From: Dehalococcoidia bacterium
Lineage (GTDB): Bacteria; Chloroflexota; Dehalococcoidia; SM23-28-2; RBG-16-64-32
Length of the DNA stretch: 64,000 nucleotides
Assembly (NCBI GenBank): GCA_030649945.1
Contig: JAUSFE010000040.1
Coordinates: 26,266 to 90,265 of the forward strand
Direction of reading: 5' to 3'
In this document: piece by piece, positions 37,474-47,190 of the stretch
Layout of the letters: each line of letters opens with the position of its first letter
Numbering within the stretch: position 1 is the stretch's first letter
Notes under the pieces: generated by a model
What the model was told of the DNA's origin: nothing
The model's input: the letters and a program-made list of their open reading frames with translations, nothing else
The model's database searches: none
Made by a program: the position numbers and the translations under genes

Positions 37474-37815
37474 TTAGGACCATCGCCCACCGTCCCTCAG
37501 GCGCTCCGTCGCACTCTTCCGGGAATGACAGGAGTGGCAAAGGCTTTCCAGCCCCGCCGGGTCGAGGCGCGCGCCCCCCTGGCTCACGGGACGTACATGA
37601 TCCACCTGCTCGGCCGGCTTGCCGCATCGGACGCAGGTCGGGTTAGCCGCGATGTACGCGTCCCTGACCTTCCGCCAGTCCGGGCCATAGACACCGCGCC
37701 GCAGTGGGTTGCGGCCGCGTTCATAACTGGCCAGGTGCTCGGCGCATAACCCGCCCCGCTTGGCCGGGTGCGAACAGGCGGAGAGCCGACACGGGGTGTT
37801 CACGCGGCTCGGCAC
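37474..37815 (-). CDS. HNH endonuclease
   Basis: CVRCGKPAEQVDHVRPVSQGG...LESLCHSCHSRK: HNH motif with a zinc-binding Cys quartet. Confidence 0.8.
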   Translation of the reverse strand: MPSRVNTPCRLSACSHPAKRGGLCAEHLASYERGRNPLRRGVYGPDWRKVRDAYIAANPTCVRCGKPAEQVDHVRPVSQGGARLDPAGLESLCHSCHSRKSATERLRDGGRWS

Positions 37816-38021
37816 TTCAACCCCCCAACCCGTACACAGAGAAATCTGCGATCACGGCGTATTAGAAGCATGGCAGCCACAGCAATTGCAGGCCACCTAT
37901 GGGGGTTGACCACGCACCTCAGCCGGCGGGGCCGCCGCCGCCCAGACAGCGAACCCCGCCGACTGCGGAGGAGGGAGATGAACCGTAGTTGTCTTTTGGT
38001 ATCGCCTGCGGGCCGTCGTCA

Positions 38022-38318
38022 TCAGAACGCCTCCGGTCCGGCACAGCGGTCACAATGAACCAGGACAAGCACATCGACGGGTAGGTGCGCCGCGCCGAAG
38101 TAGACATCTTGAGCCCGGCGGCGAGCGTCAGCGGGTTGCAGACTGACTCCGCAGCTATCACACGAGAGCGGCCCCGGCAGTGGACGCCGGAAGGCGCTTG
38201 CCGCGAGCGCGAGGTATTCCCGGTCCCGCCGCTCAAGCTCACGATCTCTATCGGAAGGCGGGCGGTCTTCGTATCCCTCGAATGGGGCGGCCAGCAGGGT
38301 CACGCCCGCAACTCCCAA
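38022..38318 (-). CDS. hypothetical protein
   Basis: 98-aa ORF overlapping the primase gene end by 19 nt. Weak. Confidence 0.25.
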   Translation of the reverse strand: MGVAGVTLLAAPFEGYEDRPPSDRDRELERRDREYLALAASAFRRPLPGPLSCDSCGVSLQPADARRRAQDVYFGAAHLPVDVLVLVHCDRCAGPEAF

Positions 38319-40468
38319 CTCGCGGCGTAGCCCGGCGCCTCGGGGTCCGCGTCGTCACAACAGGGCGCCCACTCCTGGGCAGGCGGCCGCCGGGCGATGA
38401 TGGGCAGGCCGGACCCTTCGACTCCGGCCCGGACCAGCGGCCCGTCCGTCTCCTGCAGGTAGTGCGCGAAGCATCGGGGCGTGCCATCGGGGGCGTAGCC
38501 TTCGATTTCGGGCGAGCCGCAGATGCAGACGGAGGACAGGGGGGGCTGTTGGGCCTTGTCGCCCATCCCTGAAAGAACAGCAACCCCGGTAACAAGAGCA
38601 ACTTCGTTCGTATCTATGGTTGCTCTTTCTTCCTTAGTTGCTCTTGTTTCAAGGTAGCGAGAGAACGCATCCTCGAACTGTTGCGCCTGATACCCCTTCG
38701 GTTTCTTTCCGTCGTAGTCAATCGTCTTGGCTTTGATACCGAACTGCCGCAGACGCCAGCCCAGCCGGCGAGTGTCTAGCGGCTTGCTGTTCAAGTCTCC
38801 CCAGGGCGCATCCTCTATGACAACCAGCTCCGCCACCAGGTTGGCGATGGTGATCTTGTCCCTGCCCGTGATGATGGTCTGTATGTCGCTCAGGAGCCGC
38901 ACACCCAAACTATTGTCCTCGCGGCCATCCCCAACGCTGAGCGCCAGCGCCGCCGCCCTCGCACGTTGCGGCCAGTCCCCGCCTGCCAAGTCCGCGATGG
39001 CGAGTAGTGGTTCCCATCCGTCAGCAGCACGATCGTCTAACTCTAGTAGGTCGGGCTGAGCATCCGTCAGCGCAGGCAGAGCGGATAACGCCCATGCTTG
39101 CAAGAGCTGGCGCAACGGCTCCGCTTCGGTCTGAGCGTGACGCCAACGGAACCGAGCCACGGTTTCCCCAGGAGCGCGACGCTTTAGGATGATGGTGATT
39201 GAGCGGTCGCTGATCGTATCCGGCAGTCGCCCGATGCCAGCAATCGCCTTCGCTCCAAAGACTGGAAAGTCCTTAACCTCCATTGAGGCACCTTGACCAA
39301 CGCAGAGTGTGGCGCAACCGCCTCTGCGATGCCCGTTATTGAGGATGCCCCGGAGCGCTTCGCTGAACTCCGCCGGACCTTTGAACGCCGCGTCTGACTC
39401 GTCTATCAACGCTGTCACTCCGTCGCCCATCTTGCGAACCAGCGCCGCCGCCGTGGTCCTGCCGGTCAACCACGGGTGGGCTACTACGTGAACCAGGGTT
39501 TCTAGCAACCGCGTCTTGCCTGATCTCTTCTCCGCCGACGTTACTTCGAGGTAAGGCGTACTCTCCGCCGCGTCCAGCGCCCACGTATGAGCCGTCCAGA
39601 GTGCGAGCGCGTCCGCCTGAGCGTCCGCCAGGGCCACGTATCGGCGGATGATAACGCGCACGTCGTCCAGCAGCGCGGCCAGGTCCGCTTCCCCCGGCGC
39701 CCAGGGCACCGCCGCATCTAGGAGCTGGCGAAGAGCGTCATCATTCCCCAGGTAGTCGGCAGCATCGCCCTTATCGGGAGCGTCCGGCCAGTCCACGGTC
39801 CGCACGTCCGCGCACCCCAGCCGGGCCAGCGCGTCGGCGATACGCTGCATGTGTAACCGGCCAGGTTCGTCGTTGTCAGGCCACAGGGCGACGGAGAGCC
39901 GCACAAGTGGCCCCAGAGCATTGTGCCCCGGCGTCCCCGCCGCGCCCGTCACCGAACCCACGGCGGGGATACCGCGAGCCGTGAGAGCTTCCGCCGCTTT
40001 CTCGCCTTCCGTCAGGACTACGCGGGCGCCGTCAGGGAGATCGGCCAGCCGCACCGTGAAGTACAGCGGCAGCGCCGATACTGGCAGCCCGCCCAGGCCC
40101 ATTGAGCCGCCGGGCCGCTCCCAGCCGAACTTCTTATCGCCGTGGGGAAGATCACGCCGGATATGGACGGCCACCAGCTCGCCGCCAGTGTCCCGAATCT
40201 CGTAGCGTGTCTCGCGCGGCTTCGGCTTGCGCCCGTTCCTTGACGGCGGCGACGGCCACAAGCCGCGTTCCGTCAAGGCGGCGATCACGGCGTCCTGCGA
40301 GCATCCCGCGAAGTCCTTGACTAGCACCTTGCCGTCCTTGCCGGTGCCCACGGCCAGACTGGGCGTCTCATCGGCGTGGGAAGGGCAGTGAACCTTGCCC
40401 TTCGCCCGCTGGCACTCGCAGCCTGAGCGGCCACAGGCAAGGGCCTGGGCGATCTCGGAGGCAGTCAC
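38300..40468 (-). CDS. DNA primase/replication protein (N-terminal zinc-binding, TOPRIM, C-terminal DUF3631-like domain)
   Basis: CECQRAKGKVHCPSH zinc motif. TOPRIM VVLTEGEKAAEAL...LWPDNDEPG. C-terminal segment LEVTSAEKRSGKTRLLE...IDESD resembles the DUF3631 found on actinobacterial integrative elements. Confidence 0.75.
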   Translation of the reverse strand: MTASEIAQALACGRSGCECQRAKGKVHCPSHADETPSLAVGTGKDGKVLVKDFAGCSQDAVIAALTERGLWPSPPSRNGRKPKPRETRYEIRDTGGELVAVHIRRDLPHGDKKFGWERPGGSMGLGGLPVSALPLYFTVRLADLPDGARVVLTEGEKAAEALTARGIPAVGSVTGAAGTPGHNALGPLVRLSVALWPDNDEPGRLHMQRIADALARLGCADVRTVDWPDAPDKGDAADYLGNDDALRQLLDAAVPWAPGEADLAALLDDVRVIIRRYVALADAQADALALWTAHTWALDAAESTPYLEVTSAEKRSGKTRLLETLVHVVAHPWLTGRTTAAALVRKMGDGVTALIDESDAAFKGPAEFSEALRGILNNGHRRGGCATLCVGQGASMEVKDFPVFGAKAIAGIGRLPDTISDRSITIILKRRAPGETVARFRWRHAQTEAEPLRQLLQAWALSALPALTDAQPDLLELDDRAADGWEPLLAIADLAGGDWPQRARAAALALSVGDGREDNSLGVRLLSDIQTIITGRDKITIANLVAELVVIEDAPWGDLNSKPLDTRRLGWRLRQFGIKAKTIDYDGKKPKGYQAQQFEDAFSRYLETRATKEERATIDTNEVALVTGVAVLSGMGDKAQQPPLSSVCICGSPEIEGYAPDGTPRCFAHYLQETDGPLVRAGVEGSGLPIIARRPPAQEWAPCCDDADPEAPGYAASWELRA

Positions 40469-40659
40469 CGGACGGCGTCCGCCGTAGCTTCGGCCAGGAG
40501 CCGCGCCGCGTAGGCGTCAACCTCAGCCGTACTCACCCGGACCGCGCGGCCGATCCGGACCGCGTGCAACTCGTTCGCCGTGAGAAGCTCGTACAGCTTC
40601 GAGCGCCCCAGCGACAGCCTGGAAGCCGCAGCCGGGATTGTCAGCAAGATTTGTTCCAT
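40465..40659 (-). CDS. excisionase/DNA-binding HTH protein (Xis-like)
   Basis: 64 aa. AASRLSLGRSKLYELLTANELHAVRIGRAVRV is a helix-turn-helix typical of MerR-like excisionases. Overlaps the primase start. Confidence 0.6.
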   Translation of the reverse strand: MEQILLTIPAAASRLSLGRSKLYELLTANELHAVRIGRAVRVSTAEVDAYAARLLAEATADAVR

Positions 40660-40746
40660 ATCGTCGCCTCCCTGGGGGTAGTGTTTTTACTCGTTCGCCA
40701 TACTCACGTTGACACAGGGCAAGCGCCGTGGCAATATACAGAGGAT

Positions 40747-41676
40747 ATGCAACCGTCCGAAGAGACGTCCGACTTTCTGGAGATGGACAGCCCGCTCGCG
40801 GGCTACTGGTTCAAGCCGGACGCCGGGTTCGAGTGGGCCAGGCCGGGCGTGCCGGTATACGACGAACGCGGCCAGCCTGTGCCTGACAAGGGGCCGTGGT
40901 TGGTGCCAAGAGGGGATACCGGGACTCGCTATGCCGTGCTGCGCCGGAGCCGTCTCCTGCCCGCGTTCGCCGATCTGGGCCGCAACGCCTCGCCCGAGCG
41001 CGTCCTTACGTTCGCGAACGAATGGGGGCCGCTCGGCCAGGGCGAATGCAATGTTGGGAAGCGGTCAGGCGCGTCGCTCAATACGTGGGGCGCTCACGCC
41101 CGCAAGGTTGCGACCCTCTGTCACCTATGGGAATGGGTCCGGCTGGGAGATACCGAGCGCCTGGAGCCGTACATCCGCTGGCAGTCGCGCCCGGCGATGG
41201 TGAGCATAGCGTTAGTGTCCGTGAACGGTTTGCCCGACGCCGGGCGTTCAGCCCGGATGACTGGTGTCGGGGCGCTTCCGCCCAACTCTTGGGGGCCGGT
41301 CTACACTCTCGCGAGCGCATCCCATGACCCGAACGGCTTTCTGCGCCAGTGGGAGCATGGCGACCCTGTGGAGCCGATGCGCTACTATGTCTGCCAGTCC
41401 GTGAATCAGGCGTTGGAAGGGCACATTAACCGGGCCGTCCTGCCGTACTACGGCTACGCCGTCCGCTACTTCCCGGACTCCCTGCTGAGCGCCGTATACC
41501 TACGCCTCCAGGACCGGATAGCGGGCGCTGTCCGCCAGGAGCGCCAATGCACGGCTCCGGGGTGCCCGCAAGGGCGATTCATACCGGGGCGCAGCGATCA
41601 ACAGTATTGCAGCAACCTCTGCAGGAAGCGGGCGCACTATCACGCCCAGAAGGAAGGTAAGAGTGATGGCAGGTAA
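40747..41676 (+). CDS. hypothetical protein with C-terminal Cys-rich (zinc-finger-like) tail
   Basis: Start at MQPSEETS. C-terminal CTAPGCPQGRF...YCSNLCRKRAHYH. Overlaps the integrase start (operon). Confidence 0.45.
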   Translation: MQPSEETSDFLEMDSPLAGYWFKPDAGFEWARPGVPVYDERGQPVPDKGPWLVPRGDTGTRYAVLRRSRLLPAFADLGRNASPERVLTFANEWGPLGQGECNVGKRSGASLNTWGAHARKVATLCHLWEWVRLGDTERLEPYIRWQSRPAMVSIALVSVNGLPDAGRSARMTGVGALPPNSWGPVYTLASASHDPNGFLRQWEHGDPVEPMRYYVCQSVNQALEGHINRAVLPYYGYAVRYFPDSLLSAVYLRLQDRIAGAVRQERQCTAPGCPQGRFIPGRSDQQYCSNLCRKRAHYHAQKEGKSDGR

Positions 41677-42793
41677 GCGCGGGAACGCCGAAGGCACGAT
41701 CTACAAGCGCACAGATGGGCGATGGTGCGCCGCCGTGACGCTGGACGGGGGTAAGCGCCGGGCCTTCTACGGGGCCACCCGTGGGGCCGTCCAGGACAAG
41801 CTCAGGGCCGCGAAGCGGGCGATAGACGACGGCCTGCCCGTTAGCTCCGACCGCCAGAAGGTCGGCCATTTCCTTACCCGATGGCTGGCCGAAGTCGCGC
41901 AGCCGACAGTCCGCCCGAGCACATACACCCGCTATCGCGAGCTGCTCACCGGCCACGTGGTCCCCGCGCTCGGCCATCTGCCGCTCGCGAAGCTCGGCCC
42001 CCAGGACTTGAACGCCCTTTACGGGAAGCTCGCGCAGCGCCTCGCGCCCCGCACAGTCGGCCACGTCCACCGCGTCTTGCACCGGGCTCTCCGCGATGCC
42101 CTCCATTGGGGGCTTGTCGCCCGCAACGTCTGCGACGCCGTGAGTCCGCCGAAGGTCGCACGTGCGGAGATGCAGGTTCTCGGCCCTGAACAGGCCCGCG
42201 CCCTGATCGCCGCCGCTGCTGGCGACCCTCTGGAAGCGGTCTACACGCTGGCGATCTTAACCGGACTCAGGCAAGGCGAATTGCTGGCGCTGAAATGGCG
42301 CGACTTCGACGCTGGCGCTGAACGTCTTACCGTCTGCCGCAGTGTGCGATGGGTGACTGGCCTGGGGTCAGTTGAGGGTGAGCCTAAGACGCGGAGCGGG
42401 CGCCGCAGTGTACTACTCGCGCCCCTAGTCGTCGCCGCTCTCAGACGGCACAGGACGCAGCAAACCGAGCAGCGATTACGGGCCATCGCGTGGGAGGACA
42501 ACGATCTGATTTTCACTAACGAGATAGGCCGCCACATCGAAGCAAGCAACCTGCTCCGCCGGTCATTCCGGCCCCTGCTCGAACGGGCCGATCTGCCGCG
42601 AATCCGGTTCCACGATCTCCGCCATACCGCCGCGACACTCCTACTCGGCCAGGGAGTGCACGCCAAGATCGTCAGCGAGATGCTGGGGCATTCCAACATC
42701 GCCATCACGATGGACCTCTACAGCCACGTCACGCCGACGATGCAGGCCGACGCCGCCGCGAAGATGGAGGCGCTATTCACCGTCGCAGTTTGA
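41663..42793 (+). CDS. int: tyrosine-type site-specific integrase
   Basis: N-terminal SAM-like/arm-binding domain. Catalytic R...HDLRHTAATLLL...LGHSNIAITMDLYSHV (R-H-R-Y box). Confidence 0.92.
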   Translation: MMAGKRGNAEGTIYKRTDGRWCAAVTLDGGKRRAFYGATRGAVQDKLRAAKRAIDDGLPVSSDRQKVGHFLTRWLAEVAQPTVRPSTYTRYRELLTGHVVPALGHLPLAKLGPQDLNALYGKLAQRLAPRTVGHVHRVLHRALRDALHWGLVARNVCDAVSPPKVARAEMQVLGPEQARALIAAAAGDPLEAVYTLAILTGLRQGELLALKWRDFDAGAERLTVCRSVRWVTGLGSVEGEPKTRSGRRSVLLAPLVVAALRRHRTQQTEQRLRAIAWEDNDLIFTNEIGRHIEASNLLRRSFRPLLERADLPRIRFHDLRHTAATLLLGQGVHAKIVSEMLGHSNIAITMDLYSHVTPTMQADAAAKMEALFTVAV

Positions 42794-42812
42794 CAGCAGA
42801 TTTGACAGCAAC
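42789..42812 (+). repeat. putative integrase arm-type site, right end of element
   Basis: TTTGACAGCAGATTTGACAGCAAC, identical to 35131-35154. Confidence 0.4.
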
Positions 42813-42906
42813 GCGGGTGAACAACGACGGACGCGGGCGGACAAACGCCCGCGTTTTCGTATCTAAAACGGTTGTCTGTGAACGTCCCCGGACGCTATGG
42901 CGAGGA

Positions 42907-42951
42907 CTCCAAAACCGCAGGTCGGGGGTTCGAGACCCTCCGCCCCTGCCA
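42907..42951 (+). repeat. attR: 45-bp duplicate of the tRNA-Trp 3' end
   Basis: ctccaaaaccgcaggtcgggggttcgagaccctccgcccctgcca is identical to 35031-35075. Confidence 0.85.
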
Positions 42952-43052
42952 GTTACGAAATCGGCCCTCAGGAGCGCGCAGGATTGACCGAGGGTGTCAA
43001 CTGGCGGGCGCCGTACGGCTGAGGCGGCTCGTATCGCTACCCCTGCCGCGCC

Positions 43053-43772
43053 TTAGAGACTGTCGCCGCCGAGCTTGTGTTCAGGCTGGGGCGTCGTACG
43101 GAAATACGGCTTCAGTTGCTTGTAGCCCTGCGGAAAGAGCTTGTCAGCCTCCTCATTGCGGACGGAGGTCAGAATCACAACGTCATCGCCAAGCTGCCAG
43201 TTCGCGGGTGTCGCGACCTGGTGGTCATCACCAAGCTGCAACGAGTCGATAACTCGCAACACCTCGTCGAAGTTGCGTCCCGTCGAGGCAGGATAAGTGT
43301 GTATTAGACGCACCGACTTCTTCGGATCGATGATGAACACGGATCGCACCGTCTCGGCGGCGTGGGCGTTTGGGTGAATCATGTCATACAACTGTGCGAC
43401 CTTCCGGTCCGCATCAGCAAGCAAGGGAAAGTTGAGCTCCACTCCCTGGGTCTCGGCGATATCGCCCGCCCACATCTCATGGTAGAAAAGAGGATCGACG
43501 CTGAGGCCGATCGCCTTCACGTTGCGTTTGTCGAATTCTGGCTTGAGGCGTGCCACCATTCCCAGTTCGGTCGTGCAAACTGGCGTAAAGTCACCGGGGT
43601 GCGAGAAGAGAACTGCCCAGCTATCACCCATCCACTCGTAGAAATGGATGGCCCCCTGCGTTGAATCCTGTATGAAGTCTGGGGCCTTGTCTCCCAGTCT
43701 CAGAGACGGTGATGGCCGGATGTCTATCTGAGGGCCGGCGCGACGCTCTGCCGCCGCCGTCGCCGCGCGCAT
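43053..43772 (-). CDS. 1-Cys peroxiredoxin (Prx6-like)
   Basis: FTPVCTTE peroxidatic Cys motif. C-terminal VATPANWQLGDDVV typical of 1-Cys Prx. The ATG at 43772 gives about 20 extra N-terminal residues and no canonical start is nearer. Confidence 0.85.
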   Translation of the reverse strand: MRAATAAAERRAGPQIDIRPSPSLRLGDKAPDFIQDSTQGAIHFYEWMGDSWAVLFSHPGDFTPVCTTELGMVARLKPEFDKRNVKAIGLSVDPLFYHEMWAGDIAETQGVELNFPLLADADRKVAQLYDMIHPNAHAAETVRSVFIIDPKKSVRLIHTYPASTGRNFDEVLRVIDSLQLGDDHQVATPANWQLGDDVVILTSVRNEEADKLFPQGYKQLKPYFRTTPQPEHKLGGDSL

Positions 43773-44077
43773 GGTCTCGAATTCCCTGGCCTTCTCAGCG
43801 CCGTATTCGTGATGGGATAGCAAAGCTCGCCCCCGGCCTTCTGTGCAGATTCCCTGCACGGTTTTCTAGGTTGTCTTCCTGGGCACGTTTTTCGTTAAGA
43901 TACTGCACCGAGAACCCCCAGGTCAAGCGAAGTTGTGGGGGAAACCCTTACAGACTAAGCATTCTTGTGGGGTACAGTCTTACAGGCCAACGGCCACTCT
44001 GGGACAGCGATGTCTGCTGCCCGTCATAGCTAGCGAACGCCGTGCCTGACGCCAAGACGACCGCAGGCCTGTCCTGA

Positions 44078-44136
44078 GCCCGTCGAAGGGTCGCGGGTTC
44101 GGGCCAACGCCCGCCCGTCGGGGCGAATCCTGCCGC
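44078..44136 (+). repeat. degenerate tRNA-Trp 3'-half-like element (att remnant), copy 1
   Basis: gggtcgcgggttcgggcc[aacgcccgcccgtcggggcga]atcctgccgcccctgccaga. The ends match tRNA-Trp gtcgggggttcgag...ccgcccctgcca around an internal insertion. Confidence 0.5.
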
Positions 44137-44230
44137 CCCTGCCAGACTCCGCTTTCCGGCGCGCTGGTGTCGCCGCCGGCCATAGGCGGGTTCGGCGAAG
44201 AGGAACAGACAAAGCGAATGGCGTCTGAGA

Positions 44231-44548
44231 TCAGCGCAGTTGGTACGCCGACGCGGGCGCGGTCATAGCTGTCTCCGCGGGCGTGACCCTGGGTCCGTGC
44301 GCCGTAGTCAGGATCGGCGTGAATGGTACGACCGATGGGTGGCCAGCCGGAACCGCTTGTATTGCGGCCTCCCGCACAAATTCCGACGTCCTCTTGCCAA
44401 TCCTGGCCGCATACGACGAAACTCGCTGAAACTCGGGACTCTTGAACGCCACCGACAGCACAACGCGGCGGTTTCTGACAGGGGGCCGCGCTTCTGCGCT
44501 ATCCCAATCCCATTCTTTCGAGTCCTGGATTTGTTGGCGTGGGCTCAT
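44231..44548 (-). CDS. RHH-type antitoxin (BrnA-like)
   Basis: RRVVLSVAFKSPEFQRVSSYAARIGKRTSEFVREAA is a ribbon-helix-helix. ATGA overlap with the upstream toxin gene. Confidence 0.55.
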   Translation of the reverse strand: MSPRQQIQDSKEWDWDSAEARPPVRNRRVVLSVAFKSPEFQRVSSYAARIGKRTSEFVREAAIQAVPAGHPSVVPFTPILTTAHGPRVTPAETAMTAPASAYQLR

Positions 44549-44850
44549 AACTTGCCTCCCTTCTGCTTCAGTTTGGCTTCCTCGTAACCTTTGGATGGCC
44601 ATGCAGTAACTGGTCTCCATATCGTTGGGTCGTTCGTCGCCTCTACCGGTACGCTTATGCACTTGCCGCCGTGATCTAGTCCAATGATGAGGAAGGCTCC
44701 TCTGCGGTTGCGCCGGTTCGGGACAACCAGATGGCGATTCTCGAGGATCTGCTCCACCTGATGTGCATAGACGTGATTCCTATTGAACTTGCGCTCGTTG
44801 GTGTCATCGATCAGGAAGCTCCGGATATCTGGTGTTGACAACGCCGACAT
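44545..44850 (-). CDS. BrnT-like (DUF497) ribonuclease toxin
   Basis: 101 aa. GAFLIIGLDHGGKCISVPVEATNDPTIWRPVTAWPSKGYEEAKL matches the BrnT pattern (core beta-sheet, R..SAR.A...E C-terminal block). Confidence 0.55.
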   Translation of the reverse strand: MSALSTPDIRSFLIDDTNERKFNRNHVYAHQVEQILENRHLVVPNRRNRRGAFLIIGLDHGGKCISVPVEATNDPTIWRPVTAWPSKGYEEAKLKQKGGKL

Positions 44851-44903
44851 CCTTCTACTACAGTTTGTAGTGCAATTGTAGTATCACCAGCGAGGGATGT
44901 CAA

Positions 44904-45332
44904 ATGAAGCTTGAATGGCTAATACTTGGGGACTTCGTACAAGTAGTGGGCGGAAAGCTCTACCTTATGGGAGGCGGCTGGGATGTGCTGACCGTCAATC
45001 AGCCTCTTCCGCTGCCGCAACCGATGGGAGTCGCTGCGTCGTTTGTTGTCGGGTGGAATGAGACCAACGAGCAGCACACCGTGGAAATCGAAATCGCCAA
45101 CGAGAGAGGCGAGAGCCTCGCGAAGATTGCCGCGACAATGGAGGTTGGACGGCCGCCGGGCATTGCGCGTGGGCGGGATCAAAGAGCTCAGGTGGCGGGA
45201 AACCTCGTTCTGCAGATCCGGGAGCTAGGAACTTACACGATCACCGCGAGAATCGAGGGGCAAGAGGAGGGGAAAACGACCTTTACGGTCATTTCAGGTC
45301 CGCTGTTCACCAGTAAGCAGGAAAGTTCGTAG
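44904..45332 (+). CDS. hypothetical protein
   Basis: 142 aa, non-repetitive, lower GC than the chromosome. No recognisable domain. Confidence 0.45.
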   Translation: MKLEWLILGDFVQVVGGKLYLMGGGWDVLTVNQPLPLPQPMGVAASFVVGWNETNEQHTVEIEIANERGESLAKIAATMEVGRPPGIARGRDQRAQVAGNLVLQIRELGTYTITARIEGQEEGKTTFTVISGPLFTSKQESS

Positions 45333-45368
45333 CAGTGGCCAACTGCCGTTGAGTCATGCGCTGGCCAG

Positions 45369-45393
45369 GCCACCCGTGATCTTGGCGCACAGC
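45369..45393 (+). repeat. 25-bp direct repeat (copy 1) bracketing the 45578-47173 insertion
   Basis: gccacccgtgatcttggcgcacagc is identical to 47191-47215. Confidence 0.5.
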
Positions 45394-45397
45394 GCCC

Positions 45398-45456
45398 AGG
45401 TCGCGGGTTCGGGCCGACGCCCGCCCGTCGTGGCGAATCCTGCCGCCCCTGCCAGA
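45398..45456 (+). repeat. degenerate tRNA-Trp 3'-half-like element (att remnant), copy 2
   Basis: 59 nt with 3 mismatches to 44078-44136. Ends ccgcccctgcca. Confidence 0.5.
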
Positions 45457-45577
45457 CGCCTTCCCGCGCGCCGGCGTCGCCGCGCCGAACCAACGGCGAT
45501 GGCGGGCGGGCAGCTTGACGGCCGTCGGGCACCGCGGATCATCCGGACCAGAGGAGAACTCCGGAACCTCGCCTGAT

Positions 45578-47173
45578 ATGATTCCGCACATGAGTTTTGC
45601 TCCATATTTCCCGTCGACTTGGGGCAGCTATGGGGAGGCCACGTTCGACGAACTCGCCGAAGCAGTCGGTCGTTACCGCCCGAGTGACATTCTGCTGCAC
45701 GTGGCGCAGTGGACAACAACGCTCGACGACTACCAACACAAGCATGGCAACGTCCCGATGCCCGTGGACTTGCCCCGTAGTGTGTGGAGGAGTGGTAGCT
45801 ACCAGGGGATCAATGTTGCCCATCATTTGCTGGCCCTCGTCGCACGAATGTCCTTGCTTAGAGGGAGCGAGCTAGCACCAGGGTCTACGACGGAAGAATC
45901 GTTTCTAAGGCTCCTACGCTTAGGCTGCGAACTTTTCGATCCAGCGGATAGTGTAGCCAACCCCGAATATGAGCTGCGAGTCGCCTACGAACAGTCGCCA
46001 TACCAAGAGGCATTGTGGCAGCCATTGGCGCGTGCCAAGCTGATGTATCTCGACGCGTGCCGCGCTCTTGATAGTCCTGAAATGGATATCGACGTGGAGT
46101 TCCGGAAGGTCTGTGGCCTCTCGATTGAGAACTTCGTGGCGATCGGATTTTGCCTGTTCGCGCAGCTCTGGTCGGACCCTGTGTTCTATCCTCTCGTGGG
46201 CTGGCATACAAGCGTCCCCGGTTTGCGCGACGTCTTAACGAAAGAGAACGTGACTGCCTTCCTTAGGGCCGTAGCAGCGGATCGACCGCGCTTTCGGAAC
46301 GAGGACGCGGCTCTACGCCCGGCCGGGGCCGCTGAGAGCCGATATGACTTCAACCCACTCGTCAAGTACCCGGTCATCGACCTTGGGAACGGGAAGTGCA
46401 TGGCGCCGATGCGAAACCTCGTTGTTTGGCGACTCTACACGGCCCCATTCTACGAATTGGCTGACGTCTTCATGGAAGAAGGTGCCAAAAACCCCTTCAG
46501 AGCGTTTTTCGGCCACGTGTTCCAGAGTTACGTAGGACTCCTGCTGCGGGACGCGGTGCCTAGTCAGGACATATTCCCGGAGCTGGGAGACAACGCCGCG
46601 GGCCCAGCGGACTGGGTGGTGCGTGTCGGCAGTCACGCGATCGTCATCGAGTGCAGAACCGGAGACTTCTCGTTGTCCGCAAAGTCTACGGGAGGGCTCG
46701 CGCTGATCGACGCCGATCTCCGAAAGATCGCAGTAAATACGATCAAGAAGCTCCCCACCAAGATCGCTGCGCTTCAGCAGAACGCCCAAGCCTATGGGCT
46801 CACCGGTATCGACACATGGCATGCTTTGGTTGTGTTGAAGGAGCCCTTGCTACCAGTCGCGCGCATCAGGGCACTGATCGATGCCGAGCTCAACAGGCCA
46901 GTGGCCTACCACCTCCTCTCAACTGGGGACTTCGAGCAATTGATGGCCCTGCATGATGCCGTCGGAATCCATCAGGTTCTCTCCGACAAAGCAGCCGCTG
47001 GTGAGATGGAAAAAGACTTTCGCACCTTCTTCCACGAGCGCCGCAAGGTCTACGAGTTTCGTCGGAATCCCCTTCTCGAGCGAACGTCCAACGAGTTCTT
47101 TGCGAAGTTTGGTGTGCTGACGGACCGCGCATCCAGCACAACTAGTGGTGCCGGGCGCATGGCTTCCCCATGA
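45578..47173 (+). CDS. hypothetical protein (low-GC insertion; possible PD-(D/E)xK-like nuclease)
   Basis: About 530 aa. Visibly AT-richer codon usage. DWVVRVGSHAIVIECRTGD is weakly reminiscent of a restriction-endonuclease-like core. No confident domain. Confidence 0.45.
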   Translation: MIPHMSFAPYFPSTWGSYGEATFDELAEAVGRYRPSDILLHVAQWTTTLDDYQHKHGNVPMPVDLPRSVWRSGSYQGINVAHHLLALVARMSLLRGSELAPGSTTEESFLRLLRLGCELFDPADSVANPEYELRVAYEQSPYQEALWQPLARAKLMYLDACRALDSPEMDIDVEFRKVCGLSIENFVAIGFCLFAQLWSDPVFYPLVGWHTSVPGLRDVLTKENVTAFLRAVAADRPRFRNEDAALRPAGAAESRYDFNPLVKYPVIDLGNGKCMAPMRNLVVWRLYTAPFYELADVFMEEGAKNPFRAFFGHVFQSYVGLLLRDAVPSQDIFPELGDNAAGPADWVVRVGSHAIVIECRTGDFSLSAKSTGGLALIDADLRKIAVNTIKKLPTKIAALQQNAQAYGLTGIDTWHALVVLKEPLLPVARIRALIDAELNRPVAYHLLSTGDFEQLMALHDAVGIHQVLSDKAAAGEMEKDFRTFFHERRKVYEFRRNPLLERTSNEFFAKFGVLTDRASSTTSGAGRMASP

Positions 47174-47190
47174 GTAAACTGTGCTGCCTG

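Larger units (their letters stand above)
35076..42951. mobile_element. integrative element (satellite/PICI-like: integrase, excisionase, primase, no structural genes) inserted in the tRNA-Trp 3' end
   Basis: Bounded by a 45-bp perfect direct repeat (35031-35075 within the tRNA; 42907-42951). Integrase adjacent to attR. 24-nt arm-like repeats TTTGACAGCAGATTTGACAGCAAC lie near both ends. Confidence 0.8.

Noticed and set aside
43870-44140. Possible tmRNA or intact tRNA gene ending ...CCGCCCCTGCCA
   Set aside because: No matching 5' acceptor strand (AGGGGCG) or foldable D/anticodon arms upstream. The sequence is best explained as a decayed tRNA-Trp 3' half.
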